Source: Eledone cirrhosa
Lineage: Eukaryota
DNA: 64,000 nucleotides
NCBI GenBank assembly: GCA_964016885.1
Contig: OZ024749.1
Coordinates: forward strand, 43,524,001 to 43,588,000
Direction of reading: 5' to 3'
Shown here: piece after piece, positions 15,571 through 29,221 of the stretch
How the letters are laid out: every line of letters begins with the position of its first letter
How positions within the stretch are numbered: the stretch's first letter is position 1
Notes under the pieces: model-generated
What the model was told of the DNA's origin: nothing
The model's input: only the letters and a program-made list of their open reading frames with translations
Databases searched by the model: none
Translations under genes and position numbers: made by a program

Positions 15571-15793
15571 CAGGGAGACTGACAGAGCAAGTGAGAGACA
15601 GACAGACAGAATGACAAGAAGAAACTGAAGAAGTGAGGGAGAAGAAATATTAGAAGGAAAAAGTAAAGACGAAAGTGTGGTGGATGTTTGACAAAGAAAA
15701 AGAGAGAGAAGTGAGGAAAGATAGGCGTACGAAACGTCGACAAGGATTTAGAATGCCCAGGCAGTTTTACACCATAGTTAATGTAACACTCAC

Positions 15794-15814
15794 GATACTC
15801 TCTAACCTCAGGCA
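15794..15814 (-). other. Candidate 21-nt symmetric microexon
   Basis: Minus strand reads ..gactattacag|TGCCTGAGGTTAGAGAGTATC|gtgagt. Open in phase 1 (xPEVREYx). Supported by splice signals only. Confidence 0.2.
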
Positions 15815-15998
15815 CTGTAATAGTCATTGGAAAACATTACGTTACTAATTAGAAAAATAATTCAGTTAGACTAATTATATAAATTAGTTCAGAATGTTGA
15901 AAAAATAAAGTCAAATTTTCCAAAAAATAAAAACAAAAAAGAATTTGTTAGATTCTACAATTTTTTTTTTTTTTTTTTTTTTTTTTTGCATTTCTACG

Positions 15999-16051
15999 AT
16001 GAGTGTTCCAGTTGTTCAATCCAAGGAACAGCCTGCTCGTGAAATTAACGT
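15999..16051 (+). other. Candidate short coding exon (MSVPVVQSKEQPAREIN)
   Basis: ATG at 15999 (or acceptor ttccag at 16006-16011) after a long T tract, with a consensus donor GTAAGT at 16052. No homology recognised. Confidence 0.2.
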
Positions 16052-16396
16052 GTAAGTGACTGAGCAGTTCACATATACTGCTACCATTAACGTAATTCTC
16101 AAGGAAAGTGAGTGAGTGAGTGAGTGAGTTAGTGAGTGAGTGTGAGAGAGAGTGAGTGCGGTGTGAGGTGGTGTGGTGTGTGTCAAGGAAAGTAAGAGGG
16201 AGGGTGTGAGTGGGTAACTAAGTAAATGGGTGTGGTGTGGTGTGTTTGTGTGTCCAGACAAGTTCTTCTAAGTATATCCGACCACCACCCAAGCAGTTTC
16301 CGTCTCTACCATTTCACACAAAAGAGATGGATCAACCCGAAGCTATGGTAAATGACATTTACCCAAGATGCCACGCTGTGAGGTCGAGACCGGCAT

Positions 16397-16452
16397 CTAA
16401 TGATTACGAAGCTAACGATTACGAAACTAACGATTACGAAACTAACGACTAC
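16397..16452. repeat. 15-bp tandem repeat, about 4 copies
   Basis: (CTAACGATTACGAAR)n. Confidence 0.85.
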
Positions 16453-16922
16453 ATGACCATGAATCTCATGGTGAATCAACGTTCACGACCCTATTGAATG
16501 TTCATGTCAGCATATTTTTTAAAATCAATATATCTAAATATATTCGTTGCAGGTAACAATAAACCCCACCAACATTTGGTACTGTTGCATATAATACATA
16601 TATATATTTATATTTATATATAAATATATATATATACATATATATATATTTATATATATATATATGTATAAATAAATATAAATATAAATATATAAATATG
16701 CGTATATATAGTTCAAGTTAAAGAAAACAAACACAGATATATATATATTACACACACATATCCTGCGCAGTTCCACACAAAGAACGCTCACCAACCACCA
16801 TAACATTAAAAATCAAAGTGTGACTGAAGTCTAAACAACATGACAATTCTACAAACACAGAAAAAACAACAGTGAACAAATATACATATACACACACACA
16901 CACATATATTATTTATTATTAT

Positions 16923-17012
<90 letters not shown>

Positions 17013-17186
17013 GTAGTACATATATATTTATATATATATGTACATATATATATATATATATATATTTGTATATATATGGAAAAAATGAAATTTACTTTTT
17101 CACTTAGTACGGCTGATACTTAAATATATGTATACGTACATACATATATGCATACAGACGTACAGTAGTATGTATATACATACATG

Positions 17187-17223
<37 letters not shown>

Positions 17224-17502
17224 GTATGGGTTTACCGAACATTTATTATAATGCTCGCTTTGTTTGTAAACAAACAGCCCGAATTATTAGCGGTACAGTG
17301 TTCGGCAACTATAGTTGCCATTTTGTTCAACACTGACAAAGAAACGATGAACTAGTTTCTAGCTTATTAGCTGTCATCAGTACCGTATACCTTCCTGTCA
17401 GTTGATTGAACCTTTGAAAGTATATACTTTCCTTGTGCATATTAACGGCTGAGCAGCCTAATTTGCATATCGAATGAGTTAGTCGGCCGGGCGTACCGAA
17501 AA

Positions 17503-17545
<43 letters not shown>

Positions 17546-17563
17546 TATATATATATATATATA

Positions 17564-17725
17564 TATTGTTATACTTGGGGAGGGTCATATTTGTGTAATA
17601 TTGCCAGAATTAATACCAGAACACACTCACTGTTTGGTTGGTTTTCGCTTTTCGCTTCTGTGTCTTTCACATCGGCAATCTAATTTATTCGGTCCTCAAT
17701 GTTGCCATTGACTGACCAACGGTCA
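17564..17725. mobile_element. Family B, copy 2
   Basis: Matches 5883-6040 and starts directly after (TA)n. Confidence 0.75.
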
Positions 17726-17982
17726 AAAATAATACAGATACAATATAGACACAAACACATATATATAGTTTATCAAAGTTCTTTCGTTGCACATCTGCAA
17801 CATCGTCAGTGGTGCTATTGTTTCCTCCCGTTACATTGTATTTTCTACGCCATCTTTATTTAGTCTGTTTATATATTTATTTATTTGTTTATTTTATTGT
17901 GTCTTCTTTGCGCATGCGTTTGCGTGTGTGTATAGTGTTTTGTTTGATGTGTGTTCGTGATATATATATAGATATATATATA

Positions 17983-18035
<53 letters not shown>

Positions 18036-18417
18036 TATATATATATATTGTTCTTTGAAGATGAAACATTTGTTGTAGTTTTAGGGAAATGTCATAACGG
18101 AAAAGCAAAGCTGGAGTGAAAACTGAAGCGAGAATGTGTCCAAATATATTTTATAGCATGAAGAATCAGGATTAAAGGATTTCATATTTATTTGTTAAAT
18201 CGTCAGGGTTAGTATAATATAAATAAAGGGAAATAGCAGAACTATGATAGGAGGGTGATATGAAAATATATCAATGACAAACATACAGGAAATTGAATTC
18301 TACGTGAAAAAAAAAATTGTAAAAGACTTACATTGAGAAAGGTAAATGAAAAATAGTGTAAATAGTGCGTTCGCAATGTAGAAAAAGATAACACACACAC
18401 ACACGCATATACACAGA

Positions 18418-18472
<55 letters not shown>

Positions 18473-18499
18473 CCTGAAAATTTGGTTGATAGAGATCGA

Positions 18500-19090
18500 A
18501 AATGATGTATGGGAAGAATCGATGCCAGGTCTTCATTGGTACTCTATGTTTTCGACTCTAGAAAAGCGGAAGGCAAAGTTGACCCTGAGATGATTTAAAC
18601 CCAGAATATACAGAGCTGGAACAACACAAAGCATGTTGTCCAATGCTCCAACCAGTCCAACGTCCTAAACACACACACATATATTGGCCTCTAATTTTGG
18701 CACAAGTCCAGCAATTTGGATGAGGGGAAAGTCAATTGTATTGATTCTAGTACTTGACTAATACTTTAATTTATTGACCTCAGAAAGATTAAAGGTAAAG
18801 TTGACCTAGGCGAGATTTGAACTCAGATCGTAAAGGGATGTAAAAGCTGCAAAGTCAATCCATCGCCATAACTACCATTCTTATATAGGCACAAGGCCAG
18901 CAATTTTTGGGGAGGGGAAAGTCGATTAAATCGACCCCAGTGGGTGACTGATACTTTTCTTTATCCATCCCGTAAGGATGAAAGGCAAAGTTAACCTCGG
19001 CGGGATTTGAACTCAGATCATAAAGGGCCGTAACTCTTTGCAAAGCATGTCGTACGACCCTCTACCGATACTGCCAATCCACTACCTTCT
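18500..19090 (-). mobile_element. Three tandem Meta-like SINE copies of different ages
   Basis: Repeated ggcacaaggccagcaat...gatgaaaggcaaagttaacctcggcgggatttgaactcag. The copy at 18878-19085 is well preserved; the two to its left are diverged. Confidence 0.85.
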
Positions 19091-19194
19091 ACCATTCAAA
19101 TAATAATACTACAAATTTGTAAAGATATCAGATAGTGTTGTTATAACCATACGGATTGATCAATATCATAATCATCATCATCCTTATAAACATC

Positions 19195-19582
19195 ATTAGG
19201 CAGTATCGGTAGAGGGTCGGACGCCATGCTTTCCAGCATAGTTACGTCCCTTTACGATCTGAGTTCAAATCCAGCCGAGGTTGACTTTGCCTTTCATCCT
19301 TACGGGGTCGATAAAATAAAGTACCAGTAATGAACTGAGTAATTGCTGGCCTTGTGCCTAAAGTAGAAACAATTATTATCATCACCAGGACGGTGGATTG
19401 GCAGTATCGGTAGAGGGTCGGACGCCATGCTTTGCAGCAAAGAGTTACGGCCCTTTATGGTGTGAGTTGAAATCCCGCCGAGGTTAACTTTGCCTTTCAT
19501 CCTTACGGCGTCGAAAAAATAAAGTACCAGTAATACACTGGGGAAATTGCTGGCCTTGTGCCAAAAGTAGAAACAATTATTA
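19195..19582 (+). mobile_element. Two tandem Meta-like SINEs (short form)
   Basis: tRNA-like A/B boxes (tggcagtatcggtagag; gagttcaaatcc), central gcctttcatccttacggggtcgataaaataaagtaccag, tail gtagaaacaattatt. Confidence 0.9.
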
Positions 19583-19696
19583 CCATCAGCATCATCATCA
19601 TCATCGTCATCTGTATTTCATCCCCATCGTGGTTATTATCAACAACCTCATCATCATCATCATCAACATCTGCATCATCACCATCATCAGCATCCC

Positions 19697-19734
<38 letters not shown>

Positions 19735-19835
19735 CCATCAACATCACCATCATCACCACCATCATCATTAACATCCCCATCATCATCATCATCATCATCA
19801 TCAACATCATCATCATCATCATCATCCTCATCATG
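19583..19835. repeat. (CAT)n microsatellite
   Basis: Imperfect ATC repeats that explain the poly-S, poly-I and poly-M ORFs. Confidence 0.95.
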
Positions 19836-20022
19836 GTCATGATTAAGACAGTATTGTCTTAAGGGATTGCTAGTAAGAGGATGAGATATATAAAAACAAT
19901 TATTATTTCATATTCAGACTTATTGGAGAGACAGGAGTTATTAGAAACTTAAAAATTAATAGCTTGAGGCCCTCCATTTCTTATTTGATCGCTTATTCTT
20001 ATTGAAACAATCACGGAATGTT

Positions 20023-20059
20023 TTCTGAGAAAGGTCGCTCCTTATGTGATGTGACGTCA
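20023..20059. promoter_or_regulatory. Candidate cis-element pair: STAT-like TTCTGAGAA and full CRE palindrome TGACGTCA
   Basis: Motif matches at 20023-31 and 20052-59, just before a ~2.4-kb repeat-poor stretch. Motif match only. Confidence 0.2.
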
Positions 20060-22611
20060 TAGATTTCATTTAAAACTATTTTACCTAAATATCCCCCCTC
20101 CCACACACACACATACACACACACACACACACATACACACACACACATACACTCACATACACACACATACATTCACATACATACATATTGCTAATACATC
20201 ATAGATTAATTTCTAAAACATCACGACAATTTCTCGAGCGTGTTCGTGGTATTAGAGAATATTTAAACGAATCTGTATCTCTATCGCTTCTATCTTCATG
20301 TGATTTGTTATTAGCGCAAGTCTATCAAAATGACGAAATGCTTCAATTCCCATCTAACAGGTTTCCCAAATAGGAAAAGTAAAGCGAGAGAGAGAGAGAG
20401 AAGGGGTGGAGAAATATCATCCGCCCTAATCGCATAAATCCTCAGGGGAAATATATCAGTTAATTAAAATCATTCATCCTCTGAAAGAAGAAGCTTCTAT
20501 TTATTCAACCGTATGGCGGGTGGTTTGCACGCATATGTTCGGTTTGGATTCGTAGATACTATAAGAGAATTTATGGTTGAGCGGTCTGTAGTGTAGCTGG
20601 TGATAAACGCTGCACAAAGATGCCCAGATGATAAGAAAAGTATACATTAATTTTGATATAAATTGTCCAAGTAATTAACGCAATTAGACAGCTCTCGCCC
20701 AAAGAACATTTATTTCTGTGCCAAAAGCGTCAGCTCAGAAAATTTACGATTATTGGAGAAAATATACTAACTTCTCTCTTTTTTTTTTTATTTAATCTAT
20801 TTCTCTTTTCGTGTTGCTTTTGTGGTTACTGTTGCTGTTTTTATTGCTGTTGCTGTTCAATGATGCTGGGACTGTTCCCATGGCAATGTTTGCTTTCACT
20901 AGATAGGTGTGAGTGTGTTTCAACTGTTTTCTAGTGTTATATTAAATCTCGTTTGTGTTAGTGTTCTCCCTTAATACTTAAACTCTGCGGATCCTTTTTG
21001 TCGATAAATGTTTATCTAAAGTACCTGGCTTATCTTCTATATTATATTTCTCAATCTCCTGCCTCCACATAGAAAATACAGGTTCAATTTCAGCCCAGAC
21101 TAGGCGTATATTTTTATTAGGATGTATCCTAATATATTATCGCCATTCAATGTTTAACTGATAATCTAAACTATAATAAAGTAAGGAGTGCGGGACTGCG
21201 TCCAGAATATATGTTTTTCTGCTAGTATATTTAATGTCCTAAATCAGCTCTACGGTGTGATATCTTTCTCCCAGTTACAGATCACAAATAAAATAATTTC
21301 AACATACAATTCATATCCTGACCTCACTGATTTAATAAGTCTGCATTTCCCACTACACAGTCGACATCCAACCACGGAGGATCGCAGGAAGTTATTACAA
21401 ATTTAAGTGAATTCTATAAATTTGTATAAAACCGTGATCGTTTAATTTTCAATAATGCCCTTGTCTGAGGTTTATGCTCGATGCGGGGCCTACTTGACCT
21501 AAATGAATCGCTGGCCCTGCTGCTAGATTAAGCAGAATATGAACTCAGAAAATCGAAACTTTCAACAAGTTTCTGAAAAGAAGCTACTAGAGATACTTTT
21601 GAATATTTTTACATAAACATATAATTATCAGAATATAAAATAGTCAATGTTTATATTTTATTAAATTCAAAATGACATAAAATGCAAATCCAGCTTTACC
21701 ATGAGTTGACCTTGACCTTAATGATAAACGAAAAAAAAAATACGCTTGGATATTTCGATATGAAAAACTCTTACTTCTTACACATTTTTTGATTTTTGAT
21801 AAAACATAACGACTAAACTGATGTTATTTATGATTTTGATTATGAACGATGAGTGTAGTATAGTCGATAGAATATATTCTGTTCTGTTATTGGTATTTAT
21901 TTTAACTGCCCTCGTTTTATAGAATATGCTATAACTACAGCACACGTAATTATGCACAAACTTAATATAATGGACATGATAAATGAGAAGGGTATGGATA
22001 TTTTGGTGAATTATTCATATTAATACATGTCCAAAATTATCATCTGATAAATTTAAATTCCAATATTAATCGCTTTTGACATTTTATTTTATTTTATTTT
22101 ATTTTTTGTATTACATTGATTCCTCTATGGTGGGTTTCACTTCTCTTATCTTTTCTTATTTTTTTCTTTTTTCTCTCTTTTCACGTCTCTTAATTTCATC
22201 AGGAATTGAAAACGACGTTTAATAACTTTTAGGTTTGCAAAATAACGAACTCAATTATAGCATGTTTTCATAATATTTCGTAAACTCGGTGATCTTTCTT
22301 AAAATCGAATGATGAATCGGTAGGTTAGAATTTTATAGATACCAATTATTATGTTGATGCCGTTCATTATATCTAAAAATCCATGGTGTTTTTAATTCGC
22401 GTCACAAATCTAAATAAATATCATTAATAAATATATCTATAACAGCAGTTGAAACGAATTGATTCTGAAACGAGGAAATTAAATAAGTGAAAGCATAAAA
22501 AGAAAAAAAAATGAAGTCCTGTTATATTTGATTGCCTTATCTTGAGTTGATAATAACATGTTCATGCTTTTTTTTATGAACATTTCTGTGTAACTATAAC
22601 TATAGCTATTA

Positions 22612-23310
22612 GTTTGCATGGCAGAATCGTTAGAGCGTTGAGTAATATGATTTGTGGCATTTGTTCCTAATATTTTTAGTTCTAATCTCACCGAGGTCAA
22701 TTTTGCCTTTCATCCTTACGGGGCGGATAAAATAAAGTACCAGTGTCGCACTGGAGTCGATTTAATCGACTTCACCCTCCCTTTCAAATTGATGTCCTTG
22801 TGCCTATACTAGAAATCATTATTATACAATGTTGGCAGAAGCGGTATAGCTTCGGACAACATGCTTAGCGGCATAGGGTTACGGTCCATTACATTCTGAG
22901 TTCAAATTCCGCCGAGGTTAACTTTGCCTCTCATCCTTACGGGGTCGATAAAATAAAGTACCAGTAATGCACTGGATAATTGCTGGCCTTGTGCAAACAA
23001 TTATTATACAACTGTTGATATGATGGTTGTGTTAATGCTGGCTGTGATGATGATGGTGATGTAGGTAGGTGTAGCAATACTGCTGATCTTCACTCTGGTG
23101 TCTATTAAATATTATTTGTGGTGGTTTGGCAGTATCGGTAGAGGGTCGGACAACATGCTTTGTAGCACAGAGTTACGCCCCTTTCTGATCTGAGTTCAAA
23201 TCCTGCCGAGGTTAACTTTGCCTTTCATCCTTACGGGGTCGATAAAATAAAGTACCAGTAATGCACTGGTTAATTGCTGGCCTTGTGCCAAAAGTAGAAA
23301 CAATTATTTG
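22612..23310 (+). mobile_element. Three Meta-like SINE copies
   Basis: Copies at about 22612-22824, 22830-23005 and 23120-23308 with the same head, core and tail. Confidence 0.9.
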
Positions 23311-23390
23311 TTTTAAGTTTTATATTACTACCTGATATTTCCACCATTCATGTTTATCGTGGTTAAATTATTGCTAAATAAACCTCCCCT

Positions 23391-24610
23391 TCTCTCTCAT
23401 TCCTTCCCTCCGTCTCTCTCACACACTCCTCTCCCTTCTCTCATTCCTTCCCCTCATCTCTCTCATTCCTTCCCTCCGTCTCTCTCACACACTCCTCTCC
23501 CTTCTCTCATTCCTTCCCCTCATCTCTCTCATTCCTTCCCTCCGTCTCTCTCACACACTCCTCTCCCTTCTCTCATTCCTTCCCCTCATCTCTCTCATTC
23601 CTTCCCTCCGTCTCTCTCACACACTCCTCTCCCTTCTCTCATTCCTTCCCCTCATCTCTCTCATTCCTTCCCTCCGTCTCTCTCACACACTCCTCTCATC
23701 TCTCTCATTCCTTCCCCTCATCTCTCTCATTCCTTCCCTCCGTCTCTATCACACACTCCTCTCCCTTCTCTCATTCCTTCCCCTCATCTCTCTCATTCCT
23801 TCCCTCCGTCTCTCTCACACACTCCTCTCATCTCTCTCATTCCTTCCCCTCATCTCTCTCATTCCTTCCCTCCGTCTCTCTCACACACTCCTCTCCCTTC
23901 TCTCATTCCTTCCCCTCATCTCTCTCATTCCTTCCCCCCGTCTCTCTCACACACTCCTCTCCCTTCTCTCATTCCTTCCCCTCATCTCTCTCATTCCTTC
24001 CCTCCGTCTCTCTCACACACTCCTCTCCCTTCTCTCATTCCTTCCCCTCATCTCTCTCATTCCTTCCCTCCGTCTCTCTCACACACTCCTCTCATCTCTC
24101 TCATTCCTTCCCCTCATCTCTCTCATTCCTTCCCTCCGTCTCTCTCACACACTCCTCTCCCTTCTCTCATTCCTTCCCCTCATCTCTCTCATTCCTTCCC
24201 CCCGTCTCTCTCACACACTCCTCTCCCTTCTCTCATTCCTTCCCCTCATCTCTCTCATTCCTTCCCTCCGTCTCTCTCACACACTCCTCTCCCTTCTCTC
24301 ATTCCTTCCCCTCATCTCTCTCATTCCTTCCCTCCGTCTCTCTCACACACTCCTCTCCCTTCTCTCATTCCTTCCCCTCATCTCTCTCATTCCTTCCCTC
24401 CGTCTCTCTCACACACTCCTCTCCCTTCTCTCATTCCTTCCCCTCATCTCTCTCATTCCTTCCCCCCGTCTCTCTCACACACTCCTCTCCCTTCTCTCAT
24501 TCCTTCCCCTCATCTCTCTCATTCCTTCCCCCCGTCTCTCTCACACACTCCTCTCCCTTCTCTCATTCCTTCCCCTCATCTCTCTCATTCCTTCCCTCCG
24601 TCTCTATCAC
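23391..24610. repeat. 66-bp polypyrimidine minisatellite, about 18.5 copies
   Basis: Unit tctctctcattccttccctccgtctctctcacacactcctctcccttctctcattccttcccctca. It explains the 22-aa periodic 451-aa ORF. Confidence 0.97.
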
Positions 24611-24704
24611 GCACTTCTGTTTCTTCCCTCTCTCACTGCTTCCCCTCATCACTCTCGCTTCTTCCCCCCCCCCCGTCTTTCCCACTCCTTCCTCCCCGTC
24701 ACTA

Positions 24705-24975
24705 GGGGGATGGCAAAATAGTTAAAGCTTTGGGCAAATGATTTGTCGTATTTGATCAGGCTCTTCACATTCTGCGTTCAAATCCCGCCGAAGTCAACTT
24801 TGTCTTTCATCCTCCTGGGGCCGATAAAATATAATTGTTTCTACTTTTGGCACAAGGCCAGCAATTACTCAGTACATTACTGGTACTTTATTTTATCGAC
24901 CCCGTACGGATGAAAGGCAAAGATAACCTCGGCGGGATTTGAAATCAGAATGGCAAGGGCCGTAACTCTATGCGT
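24705..24975. mobile_element. Tail-to-tail inverted pair of Meta-like SINEs
   Basis: A diverged + copy (24705-24830) directly abuts a - copy (24831-24975). Confidence 0.8.
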
Positions 24976-25419
24976 CAAAGCAATTGTGATCGACCATATA
25001 GTCAAATACTGGCGTTCATTTAATCAACTCTCTCCTCTAAACATTGATGTCCTTAAACCTAAATTAAAAACCAGTATATTGCCTAGTTATGCCTTTTTAT
25101 TCACAGTGTCTCCTAATTTACATAGGTTGGTCCCATTTTAATTTATTCTCCCTTCCAAATTCGTATTTGGATTGCACCGCTTTATTCAATCAGAGTTAAA
25201 TCAATATTCAATATTTTGTTTTTCCAATCAGTTGATAGATAGATTATTTCAAAACGAAATGTTTACTCGTATTAAGATATATTTAATTGAAAATAGGTAA
25301 ATTAATTCATATATATAATTCGTATATATAATTTCTAATTTCGAAATTTCCATTTGCTTGCATGATTCTTATTAGTGAGGTCAATGAAACCCTACACTAA
25401 CCCCTAGTCGTCGCTAGAA

Positions 25420-25600
<181 letters not shown>

Positions 25601-26389
25601 GCCAGAATTGAATTCTCTAATAATCTATTTTTATTTCAATCATTCATTAAGCCTTATCAAATTAAGTATATTGACAGAAAAATCGAATTAATATAATAAA
25701 ACAATAATTTGTTTCCTTTCGTTATATTATTTTCTGTTTGTTTATTTCTTTCTTTTTTACGTCTTATTTTCATCATTTACTTAGCTTCATTCAGCAAGAA
25801 AGCCAACAAGCTGAGCTGGATACAATGTAATTCTTAATTTGTGAAACATATCGATAGACATTCATTCGTAATTCATCGAATTTACACTAATTGTTTCTCA
25901 GTATTATCTGTGCCAACATTGATATTACAGATCTGACTGGCTGTTCTCAGTCATTAAAACCATGTTCCAGTGCCAATTAAGGCTGAATAATTAGTTGCAA
26001 CTAAAGTCATTATTCTATACGGTATTCAAGCTTAAATTGTTATCAGATTTCAATTAAATATTTGGAAGGAAAAATAGAAAAATGCTCATGTAAACACTTC
26101 TCCTTGATAAGAACTGATATCTTGTATCGTATTTCAAAATAACGTATATGGATTACTGTTCTCAGCTTCAATGGTGGAAATTAGATAAATTAATTAATGA
26201 AGAAACTAACTACAATATCCAATGTAACATTTTAATTCTAGTTTATATACGGACGAATTTCTCGCGAATAGAACAATAGTATAGAGCACGTTTTGTTTTT
26301 TACTTAGAAGATAGAATATCAACAATTCTCCTTCTCTTCGTTTCCCAGACTCGTGTTGGATAATCTGTTGTGCCTGACAAATATGATAA

Positions 26390-26468
26390 TACAGGGTGTT
26401 CCCAAAAAATGTATATGTACTAATAAAAATATATTTTTTTTTTTTGGGGGGGGGGGGGACATCCTGTA
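26390..26468. mobile_element. Internally deleted Tc1/mariner-type MITE, same TIR family as 10569-10791
   Basis: tacagggtgttcccaaaaaatgtata ... gggacatcctgta, with TA at both ends. Confidence 0.65.
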
Positions 26469-26691
26469 CACTAGCCTGGTGATTACAACTGGATAATCGC
26501 AACATAGGAGGCTCTACTGATACTGAATCTTTGACAGTTGGAGTTTACTTTGATAACACTAGCAATGGTGTATGAAACACACATAGGCAGTGAATTGGTT
26601 GATAGATTAGAACGTCTGATTGAAGGTTATGTGGTATTTGATCCAGATCTCCTTAATCTGAGTTTAACTTTGAATTTAATACTTTGAACAC

Positions 26692-27070
26692 TGAGTATTT
26701 GAGTGAATGTGTGTGTGTGTGTGTGTTTGTGTGCGCGTGTGTGTGTGAGTGAATGTGTGTATGTATTTGAGTGAATGTGTGTATGTATTTGAGTGAATGT
26801 CTGTGTGTGTGTGTGTGTATTTGAGTGAATGTGTCTATGTATATTTGAGTGAATGTGTATTTGAATGGATATGTGTGTGCGTGAATTTGAATGGATGTGT
26901 GTGTGTGTATATTTGAGTGAATGTGTGTGTTTGTATTTGAGTGAATGTGTGTGTGTTTTGAGTGAATGTGTGTGTGTATATTTGAGAGAATGTGTGTGTG
27001 TATATTTGAGTGAATGTGTGTGTGTGTGTGTATTTAAATGAATGTGTCTGTACGTGTATTTGAATCAATG
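26692..27070. repeat. Variable-length (TG)n-containing minisatellite
   Basis: Anchor atttgagtgaatg repeated with (TG)n spacers of varying length. Confidence 0.85.
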
Positions 27071-27550
27071 TGCGTACGTAGGTACGTATATTTCGTCAAT
27101 ATATTTCAGGATCGGTGTTCTTCGAACCAACGCCTATCTCAACGCCATTCAAATACACCAATACATCATAAGAGAAAATAAAACGGAAGTAGATAGAATA
27201 TAGAAAGATAATTGCAATGTTATCGAAATATTTAATTATACATATTGATAAACAGCTTCAATTTTCATATAACCAAGTAATATATTGAGGGTGAATTATG
27301 TTCTATTTGCAAGGCGTTAATTATAATAATATACAATACTGATGAGTTCGCCATCTAAATAATGATTTATCACCGTATTAAATAGATCTTATGAATAAAA
27401 CCAATAAATTTGAACGGAAGCCATATTAAATCTTGTTAACATACACAATATATATACACATACATATACATACGTACATATACATACATATACATACACA
27501 AACACACAAAATACCTACCTACACTCCTATACATACAAACACACGCAATA

Positions 27551-27627
27551 TATATTGGGTCGTCAAGTATGAAATTATTAATAAACTCTGTTTTTTCTAC
27601 AAATTTCACACTTGACGACCCCATATA
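27551..27627. mobile_element. Mini-MITE, mariner-like, with 26-bp TIRs
   Basis: tatattgggtcgtcaagtatgaaatt / aatttcacacttgacgaccccatata. Confidence 0.7.
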
Positions 27628-27661
27628 TACATACATACATAAACACACATACGCATGCTCT

Positions 27662-27692
<31 letters not shown>

Positions 27693-27695
<3 letters not shown>

Positions 27696-27825
27696 ACGAA
27701 GGAATTGTGGTAAGGAACCAGATGGACCATAACGCACCAGAGTACTCAATATTTAGGGTAGTAGAGTGGGTAATAGGAAAAAGTATGACCCCGACGGTAG
27801 AGCTCAAGCCGTTTCGATTATTTCC
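27693..27825 (-). mobile_element. Family A pLTR remnant, copy 1
   Basis: ataacgaagg...accataacgcacca...gaccccgacggtagagctcaagccgtttcga between (TA)n tracts. The minus strand carries GAAA-CGGC-loop-..GTC. Confidence 0.8.
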
Positions 27826-27864
27826 ATATATATATATATATGTATAGATATATATATGTATATA

Positions 27865-28171
<307 letters not shown>

Positions 28172-28459
28172 TACCTTCTATTTGACAATAACTAAGTACA
28201 AATATACATTCAAGCATACACTCATACGTAAATACGCGTGCAAATTTACGAAGATAAATTCTTATATGTAAATTTATGCAAATATATCATGGCATCGTTA
28301 ATGTAAAAAATGCAGATATATGCAAACACAAATTGAAACAAAACGCAAACCTTTTTAATTAGAAACCTAAACCCGTAGTGATTTTTTTGTCCTGTGTGCC
28401 CCCTATTTGTGTCTTTACTGTACATTCATTTTATTTCTCCATTGCGATCCTGTCTCTAT

Positions 28460-28545
28460 TTGTACTCCTGAAGAAGGTTTCTTTCCAATATAAAGCGTGA
28501 AACTAATAAGACTGTATACCTCTGTTTGTTGTCTTCTTGAACTAT
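28460..28545 (+). other. Degenerate hammerhead-like motif at the end of an insert running into (TA)n
   Basis: CTGAAGA at 28468-74 and GAAA at 28499-502. The stems are poor. Confidence 0.3.
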
Positions 28546-28548
28546 ATA

Positions 28549-28615
<67 letters not shown>

Positions 28616-28620
<5 letters not shown>

Positions 28621-28972
28621 ATATTATACAATATATTAATAAATGGAAACTATATTTATAAAACCATATTTATTTCATTATACATATTTCAAAGCAAATT
28701 ATGGTGCGCTTTCATTAGATAAAATATAATATAGATCAGTTTTATAAACAAAACAAACTGATCTATATTATATTATATTTTATCTGATGAAAGCGCACCA
28801 TAATTTGCTTTGGTGTCCTTGAAATATGTATAATGAAATAAATATGGTTTTATAAATATAGTTTCCATTTATTAATATATTGTATTTTTACTAAAAAAAT
28901 TTGTTGAATGCTTTATATCAGTTATAAAAATATTTGCTTGTTGTATCCCAACAAATTAAATATAACTTCTAC
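28616..28972 (+). mobile_element. Family J pLTR with an inverted 5' partial copy
   Basis: About 28627-28742 is an inverted copy (with a small deletion) of about 28755-28884. The + arm continues to 28972. (TA)n lies on both sides. Confidence 0.85.
28776..28840 (+). ncRNA. Minimal type-I hammerhead ribozyme motif (family J, copy 2)
   Basis: TATTTTAT pairs with ATGAAATA (one G-U). CTGATGA at 28784-90, stem II AAG..CACCA/TGGTG..CTT, GAAA at 28821-24, AUA triplet with predicted cut after 28832. Confidence 0.8.
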
Positions 28973-28980
28973 ATATATAT

Positions 28981-29037
<57 letters not shown>

Positions 29038-29049
29038 TATATAGATAGA

Positions 29050-29221
29050 CAAGTAAGACCCCGACGGCTGAGATCAAGCCGTTTCGACGGCTAATTCCGT
29101 CGAAACGGCTTGAGCTCAGCCGTCGGGGTCTTACTTGGTTCCTATTACCCACTCTACTACCCTAAGTATTGAGTACTTTGGTGCGTTATGGTCCACCTGG
29201 TTCCTTACCACATTTCCTTCG

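Noticed and set aside
23350-24705. 451-aa Pro/Ser/Leu/His ORF
   Set aside because: It is a stop-free polypyrimidine 66-bp minisatellite, and the paralogous locus lacks the expansion.
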